Source: Fimbriosthenelais zetlandica (taxonomy: Eukaryota). From it: DNA of 64,000 nucleotides. Positions within the stretch are counted from its first letter, which is position 1, and the number at the start of each line of letters is the position of its first letter. The notes under the pieces are model-generated. The model had not been told where the DNA came from and did not search any database. It saw only the letters and a program-made list of their open reading frames with translations. The position numbers and the translations under genes were made by a program. The DNA is taken from NCBI GenBank assembly GCA_977030845.1, contig OZ365109.1:17422001-17486000 (forward strand). The letters are read 5' to 3'. Positions 12,345 to 26,587 of this stretch are shown piece by piece.

Positions 12345-15300
12345 CTTGCTAAATATTGCTAATGGCCCAGGAAGCATCTTTTTACGTTTGGAAATGATAA
12401 CATTTCAAGTAGGCTGAGGCATATCTGGGGCTATAGTCTGGCCCAAAAAGATAAAAGCTGAAGGACATCATGAATACTGAAGGTTGCCAGCAATACGAGA
12501 CACGAACAGATGAAAAGTTAAGCTTAACATTGCCTTGATATGTCTTTTTTTATGACTGGCCAAAGGGGTTGGCCACCAAAGTTTCCAAAGCATTGATTTT
12601 GGGAACATGCCCTTCGCGCGCATGGTCACGGACCCCAAGGATGTTCGGATGGAAGCGCCACAAACAAAAGAGTCGTCTCCAAGGTAACCCGCTGTGATGT
12701 GCCCCTCTTTTGTCTCTCCCGTGTGTTATGGCCGCTCCATCCCTGACCCAACCTGTCAGCCTACACTTCCCAGGGGCCAAATGGGTGGCAATAATACTTT
12801 TTAATTTCAGCAACATGTCTCTGAGCAGGGTCGATCCGTGGCCACACGCAAACTCAACTCTCGCTCCTCCTGTGTTGTTTTTTTTCATTTTATTTTTTAA
12901 CATCATGACAATTTTAGTAGTTTGTAGTTATCTGTGCCTCATTCATGTTATGTACGAGTTAGGTACGTTTATTCATATTATATACTGGTGCATGTGCTAT
13001 ATATAAATACGTATGCTTAATTAATAGGGTCTATTTAATTTTAGCCTGTAGATATTTTAATTACCAATGATAATCAATTCATAATATCTGGCCTACATTA
13101 TTATGACATTCAGAGATACATGTATAGGCCTAGGCCTATATTAATTCGTGGTATTTTTCGATATATTTCAGCGATGCAGTTTCGGCTCCGAATGAGACGG
13201 AAGGAAGAAGCTATTTCCAAGTCCATACAAGTTGTATAGGAGCTATATAGGCGTACAAACCGACTCTTTGATGTAATAAGAAACAAGGAGGCCTTCCCTG
13301 CCTTCGAGTATTTCAAGAAACAAACAAAACAAATACAGGTAAAGTACTCCATGTTCTTCTATGAGAGAGGGTGGAGCCCCCAAGCGGAATAATTACAGGG
13401 AATGATTCACGCCAATCAAATGAGAGTTTAGCATGTGTGCACGGACGAACCCCTTGAGGTAGTGAAGTAAAAACCCCTATGCAGCCCTTTCCCTTCTTTT
13501 GGGACTATAATAGTGTATATGGAATAAACAGGGTATATAGCCATGGGCAAATATGATTGATCTACAAAAGAGTGGTGTACAGTCTATATATCAAATTGCG
13601 TCAATGATATGTATCAGTAAATTCTACCCCCGAGTTGATATGTGGGTGTTTTGAATTGAATGAACATGACGGCACGTGCCATCAATTCCACAAAGACAGA
13701 AAAGGAACCATTTTGAAATGATTTAAGATGAGTTACTATATTGTTTAATTCCATGTAACATGTCGCGTCAGGGTGATAACAAACATCAATTTGATTTTTG
13801 AAATATGTTGACATAATAGTTCTGACAATTTTACAGCTTAAACTGAAAAGGTAACAATCGCGCCCGCATCATCTCTATAATATTATACGAAACAAGTCTG
13901 TTCATGTCGGCAATTCTCTCTTTTTTCTTTTCTATATGAATCATTACAGATAAGTAAGGGTAAGTAATGATTCCATTTTTCAATGAGCTTTGATGTCTGA
14001 AACATTACATACTTTATAGGGTCGTTAATCACGGTGGAGAGAAAGGCATCAATAGGACATCAATATTTGAGAGTGGCTTATCTCCGGGGAACTTCACAAA
14101 AAGCACTTAGCTGGCGATCTCTCTCTTTCTACCACAGCTGTTCACGGCCGTATATCTCACTATATTTGCACAAAGACTTAAAAATGATTAAAGTCTTGTT
14201 TATCGGGCCAACATTGTTGTGGGGCATCCACGAGTAAGGAATCCATCACAGGATCATAATATAAACTGACATGAGAAAAAGATGCGCGCTGGATCACCTG
14301 GTGTTTGCATTCAAATAATGAGTGAGTGTATGTGTGAAATATGCCATGTATTTCCCTTCACAATGCTGCTGTGTAGGAAGCAAGAGGTTGCAAAAGAGCC
14401 TATTGTTCACGTCATTTACAAATGCATCTACTATTCATTGAAGCGTGTAGGGCTTTGATGTATTCGCCATTAAAATTTTCACTTTCATTTAATAACTCCT
14501 CTAAACGTTTATTTATCACTTGGATACATACTCGTGGATGACACTTGCATACGGGTGTGACTTCTATAGGCCTATGTCAATGATAATCTGCCTACAATTA
14601 TAGATACTCATAGTCATGGATATGCAACCGTATCACAATGAAGATGCTAATACAATGCATTACGAAAGGGATATGGGCCAGAGTTGATGATCTATACTGT
14701 AGCTATAATTTCTTAATTCCACATCTTTTAAACGCGCCCAACTTGCCCTATAATGAAGGAGAATTCATAGCCTACAATCTATCACCTTTGACCTTGAAAT
14801 AACCCTTCAGTTTCTGAAATATACACATCCAACGACCAAACCATCCCAATCTTTCTCAAATACGTCTTGTAGCTTGGACAAATAAATGCCCTGTCGTTTT
14901 TTCACACGATCTTTTCACCTCCAGCATACAAAATTGGCGGATGGCATCTTTCTTTTTTCGTTGAAAAGAACATGTCATCAGACATTGCAGCCTTGTGGAA
15001 CTAGGACCGCTATTGTGCACATGTGTGCACACGCTTATTGTAGGAAATTACAGTGATCAGTTTCAGACGGTGGAAGAATTGGCAATGGCGCCCAAAGGAG
15101 CCAGAGTATAGAACGAAAGGAAAATTTAGCAAAAAAAGGTACACACTAAGGATTTTCGACAGGGATTTCCATAAAATTATGCTGTCTACAATAACTATAA
15201 CAATACTATTATAGTAGTATGTCCCTACATGTAAGACGCATACCCATTGGTTGCATGCTGTTACCCACAAAATTATTTCTGGAAGTTGTACACGTCTCTA

Positions 15301-18300
15301 TAAAATATATATATGGTTTAGGTCATGAATGTATATAAAAAAAACAACAAAAAGAAATCGAAAAGCTATGTGGAAGAACGATCCCGAAAAAACGCTCTTT
15401 CTAACTACAGTCGTTATACATGTATATGTTTTGTAAAAAGACCATTGCAATCAGGGCTTTGACACGACGATTTCGATTTTGTGACCATCAAAATAAGTAT
15501 TAGTTGGCTCGCGGGAGATTTAACTGGAAAAATGAGTCGATATGCACGAAAGCCGGCGATTAGTTGTCTTAGGGAGACTGTGGGCTGCAATTTTGGCAGA
15601 GATCCTGTCAGGACTTGGCCTCGGTTTGTCGATCTTTTAAAGTCACTAGTGCCAAGAGCCTGTTTCCAAGCCTCGGACGCTATGCCTGTGCACTCCTTCT
15701 GTCGGTAGTTTTCTGTACCAACACAACGGGTGGTCCGGGTAACTATATAAAATGTGTATGCTAGCCATTGATCTTATTTAATGCTTGAGATTCATTGTGT
15801 TTGCTCTGCATTTGCCATGCTTCCTGTGATCAAACGTCACAATGGCTCTGACTTTATTGCGTCGTAAATAATTTACAATATGACATTTTTATTAAACAAT
15901 TAATGTGAAGGAAATGGGAGCTAAATATAGTTTTTATGCAATATATGTAGTCGATTATTTGCAATATAAAGCTAATGTTGGTCTATCAAGGTCGATAGCA
16001 CGGGTAGTAACTATGTTTGATTATGTAAATTATTATAGAAGTTGTTTGCATGAATGGTGGGCGTATAAAGCCTATAGCCTGGAGTAGTTTGAGGATGTGG
16101 ATTTTAGTGATTGGTCCCACGATCTCCTCTCCTGTACACAACATGCAACATTAAAGAGGTCTGGACCGTGTGAGGTGCGGCTGTCCATCTTAAACGCTTG
16201 ACCTGCATGCTTGCAATCTGGACCCCCCTGTTAGCTATAGATTGGATGATCTTATACTGGCTGTATGGATAGCTGCATCATTTATATTGCTCTGACATTG
16301 AGCGATAGTGCCAAGCCAAGCAGTGAAGCAATTGCACATCGCTTAAGTAGAAGTCACACCTATAGCTGCTAAAGGCACGTTCTGTGATTAAACAAACTTT
16401 GTTTAAATCACTGCAATAAAAAAACTGTCTTATCAGCTATTGGTGTCACTACTTCTTTAATTTAAGACAATAATGGTATATAATCCTCGATAATTAATAG
16501 ATATTTTTATCCATGGGCCGAATGTTTCTCCTATTCAAATTGTTTGTGGATAAATTATCCCAACCAAATATAATAGTATTTGCCCGCAGGTGAAAGGACA
16601 TAGGCTGGAGTGATTTCTGGATGGCTCAGCGAGACTTTTTCCCTTGTTGTATATGGAAAGAGAGGATTGTGTAGGGAGGATTGGGCGAGTCCAGGAAAAT
16701 GTCACCTCATGCCCTCTCAACATAGATCACTGAGCTTTTTAGCATGCATTTGAAATGAACCTTGGGTCCCTGTGTTCCCTGACTTAAACCGCCCTTGTCA
16801 CAAGCGCAGCTGTTTTCGCCAGAATTTGTAGATTTAAGGCATCTTTTTGGCTGCCACCGACCTGTCAAAATCTCACATCTCTTTCTCATTGTTTTAAAAG
16901 GGTGAGGTAAGGTGATTGATGTCGCAACGGATTGTCAATCACTGACAGTGGTTGTGTTTATCACAATGAATGGTCGGTTATGTATGTGCGTGGTGGTGAT
17001 TTTTTTTCTAAGGGTGAAGATGCAATAGCCTGTAAGTGCATGATGAAGTTCCCTGGCAGCCATGGACGGCCAAGCACCAGTGAAGCAGAGGGGTCAGTGG
17101 AGCCCTATAGTGAGACCCATGCTTGGCTTGAGTCTGTATGTATGGGATGATAATCTGAGGGAACAAAAAAGCAGAGACATACACAAATGACTGGTGGCAA
17201 GGTTTCACACATCTGCCATGATATATGGCTAGCTTACTATTGTACCTTTACCATTAAATTCACACCTGTGTGGCATTTGGATTCAGGTGGGTATGTATTA
17301 GCAAGGCAAGATGAATGTACAAGCATAGACTCGAAAGCAAACCTTTAGAAAATAAAGGTGTGACCCAGTTCATTTTCTATTAAATCCAGGGCAAACATTT
17401 ATGTCCCGTTAATGGAAGAGGCAGGTGACGTTCACTTTTCCTTTTGCAAAGGTGAAGAAGGAAATTTTTCAAGTTGAATTCAAACAGAATTGCTTCTGCT
17501 CGAGGTAAGGCATTGAAAGGATGTGTCTGTATACAAAATATATTCCCTGTACTTAAAATGTTTACCGAGGAAAGAGACTGCCTATATTTGTCACCGAATG
17601 AAGGTCCGGCATTAAAAAATCTGTTGCTCTTTTATGCATCTGGAGATTTATGTCACCTAATGAAAAGGCATTGGGTGGGAGCAAGGTTTGTCTCCTCGGG
17701 GTCAACACATACCTCTGGTCACTCATTTCAATGCAAAAACATGGCTATCGCTTTCAGCACAATCACCCAAACGCCAGAAGCCATTTAGAGAAATGTGGCT
17801 TCCCGCTATGCTTTTGTATGGCTTCACAAATATTGGACTTCACGCCCAACGTTCGGGGCTGGTGGTGAATTGAAGGCAACTATTTGAAGTTGAGCTGCCT
17901 TTATTTCTATAGAGGCGTACGTATATGGATAGAGGGAGAGTGAGAGAGACGGGGGAAGAGGCCTGTGGGGATAGCAGCATGGGCCCACTGTGTGACCATT
18001 GACGGGGTAGGAGGGCTGGCTTCACGGTCGACTGTTCGCACACCTGCGCTTGGCCTCCCGTCGCCTCCGTTCAAATGCGGTTCTCCATGGGCGCTGCACG
18101 CTACAGCACCCCTACTTCTAAACTCGCTACCTTAACCACTTACCTCCTGTGGATTGGGGAAACCTGGGACTGACAACAAACCAATCCCCCCTTTAGTCCC
18201 TGCTGGAATGAAGTATATATAGGCTACTTAAAACCCCCTGTTAACATCCGCCAATCTCCACTCACTCAAACCTCCTCACAAAAAGATTCATCTTTCTAAA

Positions 18301-18410
18301 ATCCACTAAACTTCCATGCACACCTGCACGAAATAGACCGATACACCTCAAAGCAAAGAATACTTCTTGCAATGATCGACCACTTTTCTAATGATTTTTT
18401 TTTCTTCCAG

Positions 18411-18435
18411 TCGACCCCCTCCCCTTCGAGAAAAG
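18411..18435 (+). other. Candidate 25-nt micro-exon
   Basis: A CTAAT branch-like motif, a long T-rich tract and ttttcttccag| precede it; AAG|GTAAGA follows it. No partner exon could be identified. Confidence 0.4.
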
Positions 18436-19335
18436 GTAAGACCACACGTGGTCATATTTTGGGGATTAAGTTTCGGATCGGTATCCGAAATGATTGATGC
18501 CCAGTTGGACATGTAGGATGATAGGGGAAGGGCCATGCATGGGTGTGAAGAATAGAAAGGGCCATGGCCCTTATAATAAGGCTCGTTCGGCCAGTATATA
18601 TACTTTTGACCTTTTTTCCTACGGGTTGGATATCCCCTTCATAAACACTCACACATTGGGGATAGCCGCGGGCATATCGGCCTTGGCAAATTACAACGAG
18701 GAGTCGCTATGGATGGCACCAAATTACCAAGCTGGCAAATTGTGAAAGCAAATCCCTTAAGGTCCCAACGAGGGGGTTGGCTAGCAATATGAGGCCTAAT
18801 CTCAACTGATGATGAAGATTTTAGCAGCTCCGTGGCCCTACCTGATAGGGGATATCAGATAACATCGCTTGTCACAGCAGCTTGTCAACATCAGCAGGGA
18901 AACCAAGGGCTTGAAATGTATGCCAGTTGAGAGAAGAAGAGAGAGAGTTAGAGAGAGAGGATATAGAGGGAGAAAGCCTCAGCTGATACGCACCCACAAG
19001 GAACCAAATGACACACTGCTTGCCTTTGACCCGCGGCGATTATAAATCACCTCTGAACAGGTGTGAAGCCCAAAGCTTCCGAAAGTCAACAGCAGGGAGG
19101 CTGAGAGAGAAAGGACTTTTAAAGCTGCTGTGTGTATTCATTCCAAAACTATACAACATCCACCTCTCATTGCCCTCCCAGCTGAATATGTATACTATAT
19201 GGGAGGTGTGGGGGGGGGGGGCGTAAGGTAAACATTGAGGTGTGTGGATTTCGTCAAGTTATCCATAAAAGATATTACAGTGAATATATATTCATTAGGT
19301 CGGGTTGTAAATTATGAATGGATAGTTGGATTCTG

Positions 19336-19893
19336 GGTCCCATTTCACAAGGATTATTATCAATGCTAAGACTATGGCTAATATTCGACCTTTTGAAACA
19401 TGCTCCTGCAGAAGACGAATGCCATGCAGGAGTCTGTTGCAAAACGAATATTAGCCATAGACTTAGCATTGCTAATATTCCTTTTGAAACAGGAATAACT
19501 CCATTTCATAATCACTGGGCCTATTCATCCATTTCATAATCCGCAAATGAAGGAACGTAGCTTGGTATAAGAAGGTACAAGACAGAATGACGCAGGGATG
19601 AAAACTAAGAGGAATATTTCAGAAGGAATATTAGCCATAGACTTAGCATTGCTAATACATGTATTCCTTTTGAAACAGGCCCTCGTGACAGTGGGAAACC
19701 AGTGAGAAACGGAAAAACTCCATTTCATAATCACGGGGCCCATTCATCCATTTCATAATCCAAACTGACCGCAAAGGAATGAACTTAGCTTGGTATAGGC
19801 AGGTAAGACGGAATGAAACAGGGATGAAAACCAAGAGGAATATTTCAAAAGGAATATTAGCCATAGCCTTGGCATTGCTAATATTCCTTTCCA
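19336..19893. repeat. Cluster of four type B mini-MITE cores: an inverted pair plus a ~219-bp tandem duplication
   Basis: Cores lie at ~19361, 19447, 19627 and 19854. 19349-19410 and 19425-19483 are inverted arms. A unit starting CTCCATTTCATAATCAC begins at 19499 and again at 19718. Confidence 0.8.
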
Positions 19894-22290
19894 GGTAACA
19901 GGTTCCAGGTAATCTGCGCGCATGTTGGCCCTCTTCTTCCAGGCCATTTAGAAATATCTCGATTGCTTCACAGATTTCCCATCAGCAGAAGCCCAAAAAA
20001 GTGGGAGACAATCATTGCCTTTTCGTGATTTTATTGACATTTCCTGTGTCCGCCGTCGTTGATCCCTTATCCTTATCACAATCTCCTAGACGTATGGACT
20101 CAATGTTTGTTACTTGAAAACCAACAACAAATTATTTAATTAATCAGTGGGCAATTGCAGCTGTCAGCCCGAGGAGGACCGGTTCCTCGCTGCGTACAGC
20201 TCCAATTACGTTCTGAATGGTCGGGAGTTTTGCCCCCTCATTCTTTGTGCCCATCTGTTTCCCGGATCTCCCTCCATTTCCACTCGACGAAATTCATTTT
20301 TTCACTGCGCTCATCTTCAGAAAGGACTCCGTTTCAAGGCGGTGTTTAATTCGTTGGGAATAAATTGGAAATCATCTTTTTAGCGCACAGACTCGGGTTA
20401 CATGGAAAACAAACAGACCCGTATTTGATACACCGACTGAGCGGTTCACTAGCATGACGACTCCCGCTGCTAGCCCTGACCAAGGTTGAGTGAGCAAGCT
20501 GTAAAACCAGCCAGAATAGGTGTCTCTCTTTCTCTCCCACGTGGAGAGCAAGAAGGAGAAGTGGAGATAGAAAAGAGGGGGGGCACAGCTAAAATCACAC
20601 CTCAGAGAGTAGAGTAAACACTATCATACCCCACCACCGGTAACAATCTCGTTCTGTCATCAACTACAAAGAGGAAGCCCGACCAAAAACCAAGTTCTGA
20701 ATTTCTTTGCTTCTTGCTGAATTTTTCCCGCACAAACTGCAGCAGCCGCGAGGGGAATTGGCAAAAGCATGCCTGTCAACGAGGGCAGAGAAAAATCAGT
20801 GGATTCGAGAAGTTTTTTTTAAGGCGATGGGTTTGAACATGGGTTTTGTGTTGTGTTTCAATGCCAGGAGTTCTATATAAATTCCAATAGTTAAGAATAG
20901 ATTTCGAGCATGCAAGCGAGGCAAGTCCATCGGCATAGTGCGGTTGGGTGCAATGTATTGTGAACAGAGCCTATACAAAAGCAAACGATTTACATTTACA
21001 TCTAAAGGAATGATTAATTTGCTGTCGATTTCGAACGCTAAGGTAAACTTGAATTGTACCCTGGGCAACATGGTAGTTATCACTGTTTGTGAGCGACCAG
21101 TATCAATTAGTGTGATGAAGGAGCTGGTGCTATAGCTTGGCTGAAAATGGCTCCCCTGGTATTTGCCTGACACTCCCCGGCTCCCATACATCAGACACTG
21201 AGCTGTTTGAGTCTTTGATTTCCAAAAGGGAATTTCCGTCCGCAAGGACCTGGTCCATAGTGGCTCTAATACAAACGTGGTCGGCGATTTTAGTCACGCT
21301 CGCTCTGGTTATCCATTACATTAGCATTACTACAGTGATCCAAGCCACAAAGACTGGCTTCCCGAGGTGGCTTCCAAACGCCAGCGGTTTGCATTCAGGA
21401 AGGATGTGTGTCGAGAGAATGTGAGCCTTTAGGTCCAGTGTTGTTAGCTTGGGAGGGGTTGGTGGGGTCCTGGTATGGGCTAAGCCCAGCGGGGATCCAA
21501 GTGGCCAGTAGCCAATATGTATACAGGAAGGGTGAGGTGGGATCAGAGGTTCAGGGCCGGGGACATCAGGAGAGGATCGTCTACTGTTGATTAATGCCAC
21601 CTAGCGTCTCAGGACTGTCCAAAGCCAGAGGGATGTATGGTCGCAGCGGTCAGCCAGGCCATCCCTGGCTGCCTCCTCCTAGTGGCCATGGGTCAGTATA
21701 GGTCAAGCCTGGAGTTCTTGCCGTCCGAGTGACCAGCGGTCAGTGGTGATCGGAGTGTGATAGCAGTGGTAGATTTATCACCTCGTGGTCGTCTCTTGGC
21801 ATACAGAGTGGTGGTATGGACGTCTTGTTTGTATTCTAACCAAGTTGCTTTACCCCACATAGGCAATCCCTCCTCTGCCCTCACCTCTACCCCTGCCATC
21901 ATCACCCCCCTTATTAGTATTAACATTATTGATTAGTGCCTCTCACAATGGCTTCCTCTCCACTCACATGTTATATGGATGTTGCTCAACCAAGTCCAGA
22001 TCTAACCTATCCTCTCTTATATTATCAGGAGGTCATACCCCTGTGGAGGTTACCCGCAAATGGGAACAAAACTGAAGCTATCGCTCATTGAAGCCCTTGC
22101 CAAAATGGCTTCCCCGTGGCTTCTCTTCAATATGGTTTCTTTGATATATGTATCGACCACTTTTAAAGTTGACCACTTTTTGGTAATCGCTGATGATAGT
22201 TTTCGTGATTTGCATAGGAATCTCCTTGTATTTTTTAGAATGTATCGTTGGCTATATGATTTAGTTATGATAAGGTTGACCTTACTTATA

Positions 22291-22370
22291 TAGGAGTTTT
22301 GTGTCAAGGTAAAATATCTATTTTTTTTCGTAGGGGTTTTGTATCCAGGTGAAATATCTATTTTTTTTCG
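22291..22370. repeat. 2 x 40-bp tandem duplication
   Basis: 22291-22330 vs 22331-22370, 36/40 identical. Confidence 0.9.
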
Positions 22371-23631
22371 TTTATCATCCTAGTACATTAATAATATATA
22401 AAAACGAATAATGTAGCAGTCACATTATGCCGATAAATACTTAACATGCGATAGAATCTCAGACTAGTGAGACCCGCTACTATTATATAGGACTGGTATA
22501 TCGACCTACCTCTATTGGGCGTATTATTAGCAAAGTCCATAGAGAGGAAGCACGTCGCGTCAATATCGAACACTGTCGCACAACCCTTCTAAGTACATAT
22601 TTCTTTTTCGCCCTCAGAATTCATTCTCTCACCCAGCCCCTCGCAGTTTGTAGTCCTTGGGTCTCCCCCGACCACTCTGCCACCTTTTCAATGAAGCAAT
22701 GGAGGCGTACATTATAGAATGGTGGGCGCGTATCAATTGGAGAGTTCTGACAGCCCAAAGCCCGTACAAATATTAACTTTGACGCGCTCTCCGACGCCTT
22801 CTTGTTTGTTTTGGGCAGCATCAAACGACACTCCGCGTGTACAGGGCTCTATCTCCTATTATCAACACATCATCTCTGCACACCCGTCAAACTGTTCGTG
22901 GAATATAATCGGAATACACCCCCCAACCTTACACCTTTTGTTATTGTACGATCCCATGCAACTTCTTCTTTCTCTCTTTTTCTTCTGCCATTTTTTCCAA
23001 ACCTTTCGCTGATTAATTCTTTTGTTGGGAGCCCAGGGTGTCAGTGGAGTGTCAATATTTCTATAGCGTCAGCGTTAAATCCAGCCTTATTTGCGACTGT
23101 ATGTTGAAAAGCGCGGCGTCGTGTGTATTCGTCTCTGAAGCCTGATGTTGGGATTAACTTCGTGGTTGGCGGGGATCTCTCGAGGCTACACCAGCCGGCC
23201 CCTGTTGTGAAAACTGCAGAGTCAATGTTTGGCCGGCTTCTGTGTAGGACCATTCTTTTGATGGGGTCTGGGGCATTTTTATTATGTACCATGTGATTGG
23301 GATAGTTTCTCTTTGCTGTCTAGTGTTTGTGCCCTCGTCACTGACACCACGTGCTCGCCGAGCTCCTAATATTATTTTAAACAGATGGCAATCTCTTGTA
23401 AGAGCATTGTGGAGCAATCAAACAAACCCGAGGAGAATCGATCTCCCTGGCTATCTTGCATAGTAAATAGTAACAGCATCGTTTAATCTGATGGTAGAAT
23501 TTATAGCCTCTTTCTCTAACCCTCTATGTCTGCTGTCTGTGGAAATGTCTGCTTCATGTTAAAGGGGGTCTATAGGCCTACTGTATTAGTCCGAAAGCAT
23601 GTCGATCTGTCTGCCCCAGCATACATCCTTT

Positions 23632-23770
23632 AATTCATCCATTCATCGTTCCATATATTATGCATTAATCCATCTATCCATTCATCCATTAATCCATCCA
23701 TCTATATTCCATCCATCTATCCATCCAAGTCCATTAATTAATTGTGGATCCATCATTTGTCCATTCATCG
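23632..23770. repeat. Degenerate (TCCA)n tetranucleotide repeat
   Basis: Run of ATCC/TTCATCC/CTATCC variants. Confidence 0.8.
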
Positions 23771-24794
23771 AACCATCATCCCCAGTATTCATGATTCAGC
23801 CATAATTTTTGTTCCAGTTGATCATTGAATAAATTAACATTGATTACCAATCATCGATATATCCGTCAATCGATAAATTTAGTCGGTTCTGCTTGTCTAT
23901 ATATACGATTATGTCTACCTGTCCTCCTATCCGTTATATCCCACATGTTTTCTACCTCCACAAACACATATCCATGTATACATACAATATTTGTACAAAA
24001 AAAAACAAATAAAAAACAATAGAATATATAGATACGTTATCAACACAACCTGGAAGAAATGGCTGAGGAGATTTCCCCAATTGCATCAGGTAAGGAATGA
24101 GAGGTCAAATAGTGTTCACCTCAAAATGAACTGTGGCTTCAGCTAATCGCTAATGGTATTATCTCCAGCGGCTATGTAATTAGTAATCTGGGCACATTCC
24201 TGACTGTATCAACATTGACAATGGCAGCGACGACCCAGACTCGCTTGACCTTCAAGCGAGAATGAGTACAATATAGTCACACCAACTTGAACATGTATGT
24301 ACACACTCGGATATTTACAACTGAAGAGTAACTATACAATAAATCTGTAATTTGTTGTTTTTAATTAACTAAGGTATGATAATAAAGATTGTTATATAAA
24401 CATTTTGAATAAATTATCCTTACTTTCCAATTGGTCTTGAAAAGATGTTGAAGTTATTATGTAAGCCTATTTCATGCATGTCTTATGGATAATTTAATTA
24501 TTATGACGAACACTTCTTCGTTAATGGGTGCCCAAAATCTCAAATATTTTGATGAGCTATTGAAAGACGAATCCCTGACGAATTAGGATAAGTATAAAAA
24601 ATAATTATGACGGCGTATGTCTTATATTTCGCATATTTCATTATGGCTGGGTGTTAGACAATTTACATAATGTCATCTTCAATAAAAAAAAAACCATTTT
24701 GGATTTCATAGAAAATGTTCCGTTTAACTCAATGTCAGGAGGATTTGGCGCTGAACCGAAATCATTGGGCGCTGAATAATAGTGCACTAAAAAT

Positions 24795-24807
24795 CCACTA
24801 GGTGGCA
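24795..24807 (+). promoter_or_regulatory. CTCF-like core motif
   Basis: CCACTAGGTGGCA matches the CTCF core consensus. Confidence 0.4.
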
Positions 24808-26546
24808 TAACCTTGTAGTTCATAGGCACAACGATATGGACGTCATGCGGGGCCGTTCTGCAATTGGGCACCACACTTTTTCAATATGGCTCGATTGGAC
24901 TAAGTTCATTAGCAGGTTTAAAGAAAGGAATATGGGCTGCATTAGTAACTTGCATTATGGCCTATAATATAGGCCTATACATGTAATGTACAAAAGCATG
25001 TAGATGTAGGCCTATTCATTGGCACACATCTTCCTTCTGAAACTGTCCTCAGACCTGCATGGTTCGTCTATACTTGGTATTTAATTATATTTTGCAGAAG
25101 AATGGTTGGTAAGGGTTTCATTTCAGGGGACGACATTAGCAGAAACGAATAGATCTACATCGTAGGCGGCCTTCCCTCTCTCCATAATCCCAACAAAATT
25201 CTTTTCACTCACACTAGAGCTCGCAGAGTGGATCCCCAGCTCTGAAATCAAACATTCCAGAGAATCCCGCCTCCTTTAATGTTTACCGCCACGTATTACT
25301 GGCTTACCACCCCACCTTTGTCCATAACTTCATCGTTAGTTCGTGCATGAAAGGAAAACTTATAGCGAGTGAGCTCTGAAGGTGTGAAGTATGTGTAGAT
25401 GTCAGAAATGACGGATAAAGTTATAGAGATCTGCGATGAGGCTCATTGTGCTGACGCGATGAGACTCGGAGGGTGGTCCGCCATCCATCAAAAAGCATAA
25501 TATTATATACAACTATCATAATAATCCACTTTCCAAAAGTGACAAGATTGATTTATGACAAACAGTGTTAAATGGTATTGGCAGAAAGTAATAAACATTT
25601 CTACGTTCTTTTGATCAATACCCTGTATATGATTTCTCTCTTATTATATAACAATTAAGATTGAGTTGAAATTCGAGAGTAAAATGCAGTTAGCTTATGG
25701 ATCATGAAACCACACAAGGAGTGTATTTTCTATTTGATTAACCTAACGCAGTCTCTCCAATATTAAAAGTAATTGGGTCTTTATCAAATATGCCCTTTAT
25801 ATATTCCATAAGCGACCATTATAGGCCTACAGGGACAAATTTCATAACGACCAGCAAAATCTTGGCGCAGGAGATACTGACATTTCCATCCCATACGATA
25901 TAAACACTCTACAGTCTATGGCAAAGGAGCAAATGCACAGCAGCTCCTTTTTTGAGGATGTTATGAAATGGAACGCCTGTTTCACAAGGATCGCACTAGC
26001 AGAATGAATGACAGTTTGGTTGCGTCACTTCAGTCATATTTTCTCCGTGATATTAGATGACAAATCCACTCACATGCGCCCAACTCTGAGTCCTAGCTGT
26101 TTCATAAAGTCATTAAAGACACGGTTGGTGTAGAAGATAGCTCCTACTGGAATTTCCATCCCATATAAAATATAGAAACCCCATGGTCAAGGGACTAATG
26201 CGGAGCAGCTATGGCGCTATTTTCCGCTGTTATGAAACATGCACCATCAGATGTTTTCTTATGAAGCAGGTCCCTGTATATCTATTATTGGAAGAGTGCT
26301 CCTGTTCATTCTACTATGAAGCCCACATGCTGGGCGCCAAAGATAAGTAAACGCGATAGTAAACCATATAGTTAACTATTGGTATTAGTGGCATCAATCC
26401 ATAATGGTGACACATTTACAGACAACTCCCCCCAAAAGAGTGAAGGACATGCTACACAAAATCATGCAACATAATTGCGACATTCATGTCCACACCAGGA
26501 GCTTGTTTCAATAGAAAGCCATATACATGTACAGTATACTAGATGT

Positions 26547-26587
26547 ATAGACTTAGCATTGCAAATATTCCTTTTGCAACAGGTCCC
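26547..26587. mobile_element. Truncated type B mini-MITE
   Basis: ATAGACTTAGCATTGCAAATATTCCTTTTGCAACAGGTCCC matches one half of the family consensus. Confidence 0.55.

Noticed and set aside
13455-13463. let-7-like TGAGGTAGT
   Set aside because: The match ends after 9 nt and there is no precursor hairpin.
19336-19893. CRISPR-like array (recurring ~33-bp palindromic repeat)
   Set aside because: Spacing is ~85-230 bp and irregular, orientations are mixed, the 'spacers' duplicate each other, the same repeat is dispersed across the window inside TIR elements, and there are no cas genes.
20147-20383. ORF beginning MGNCSC (acylation-like N-terminus)
   Set aside because: The start is GTG rather than ATG and the rest is not protein-like.
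24059-24089. Putative first coding exon MAEEISPIAS with a CAG|GTAAGG donor (similar ATG-to-donor candidates at ~12608 and 61614)
   Set aside because: No downstream exon or homology links them; such ATG-donor pairs arise by chance in 64 kb.
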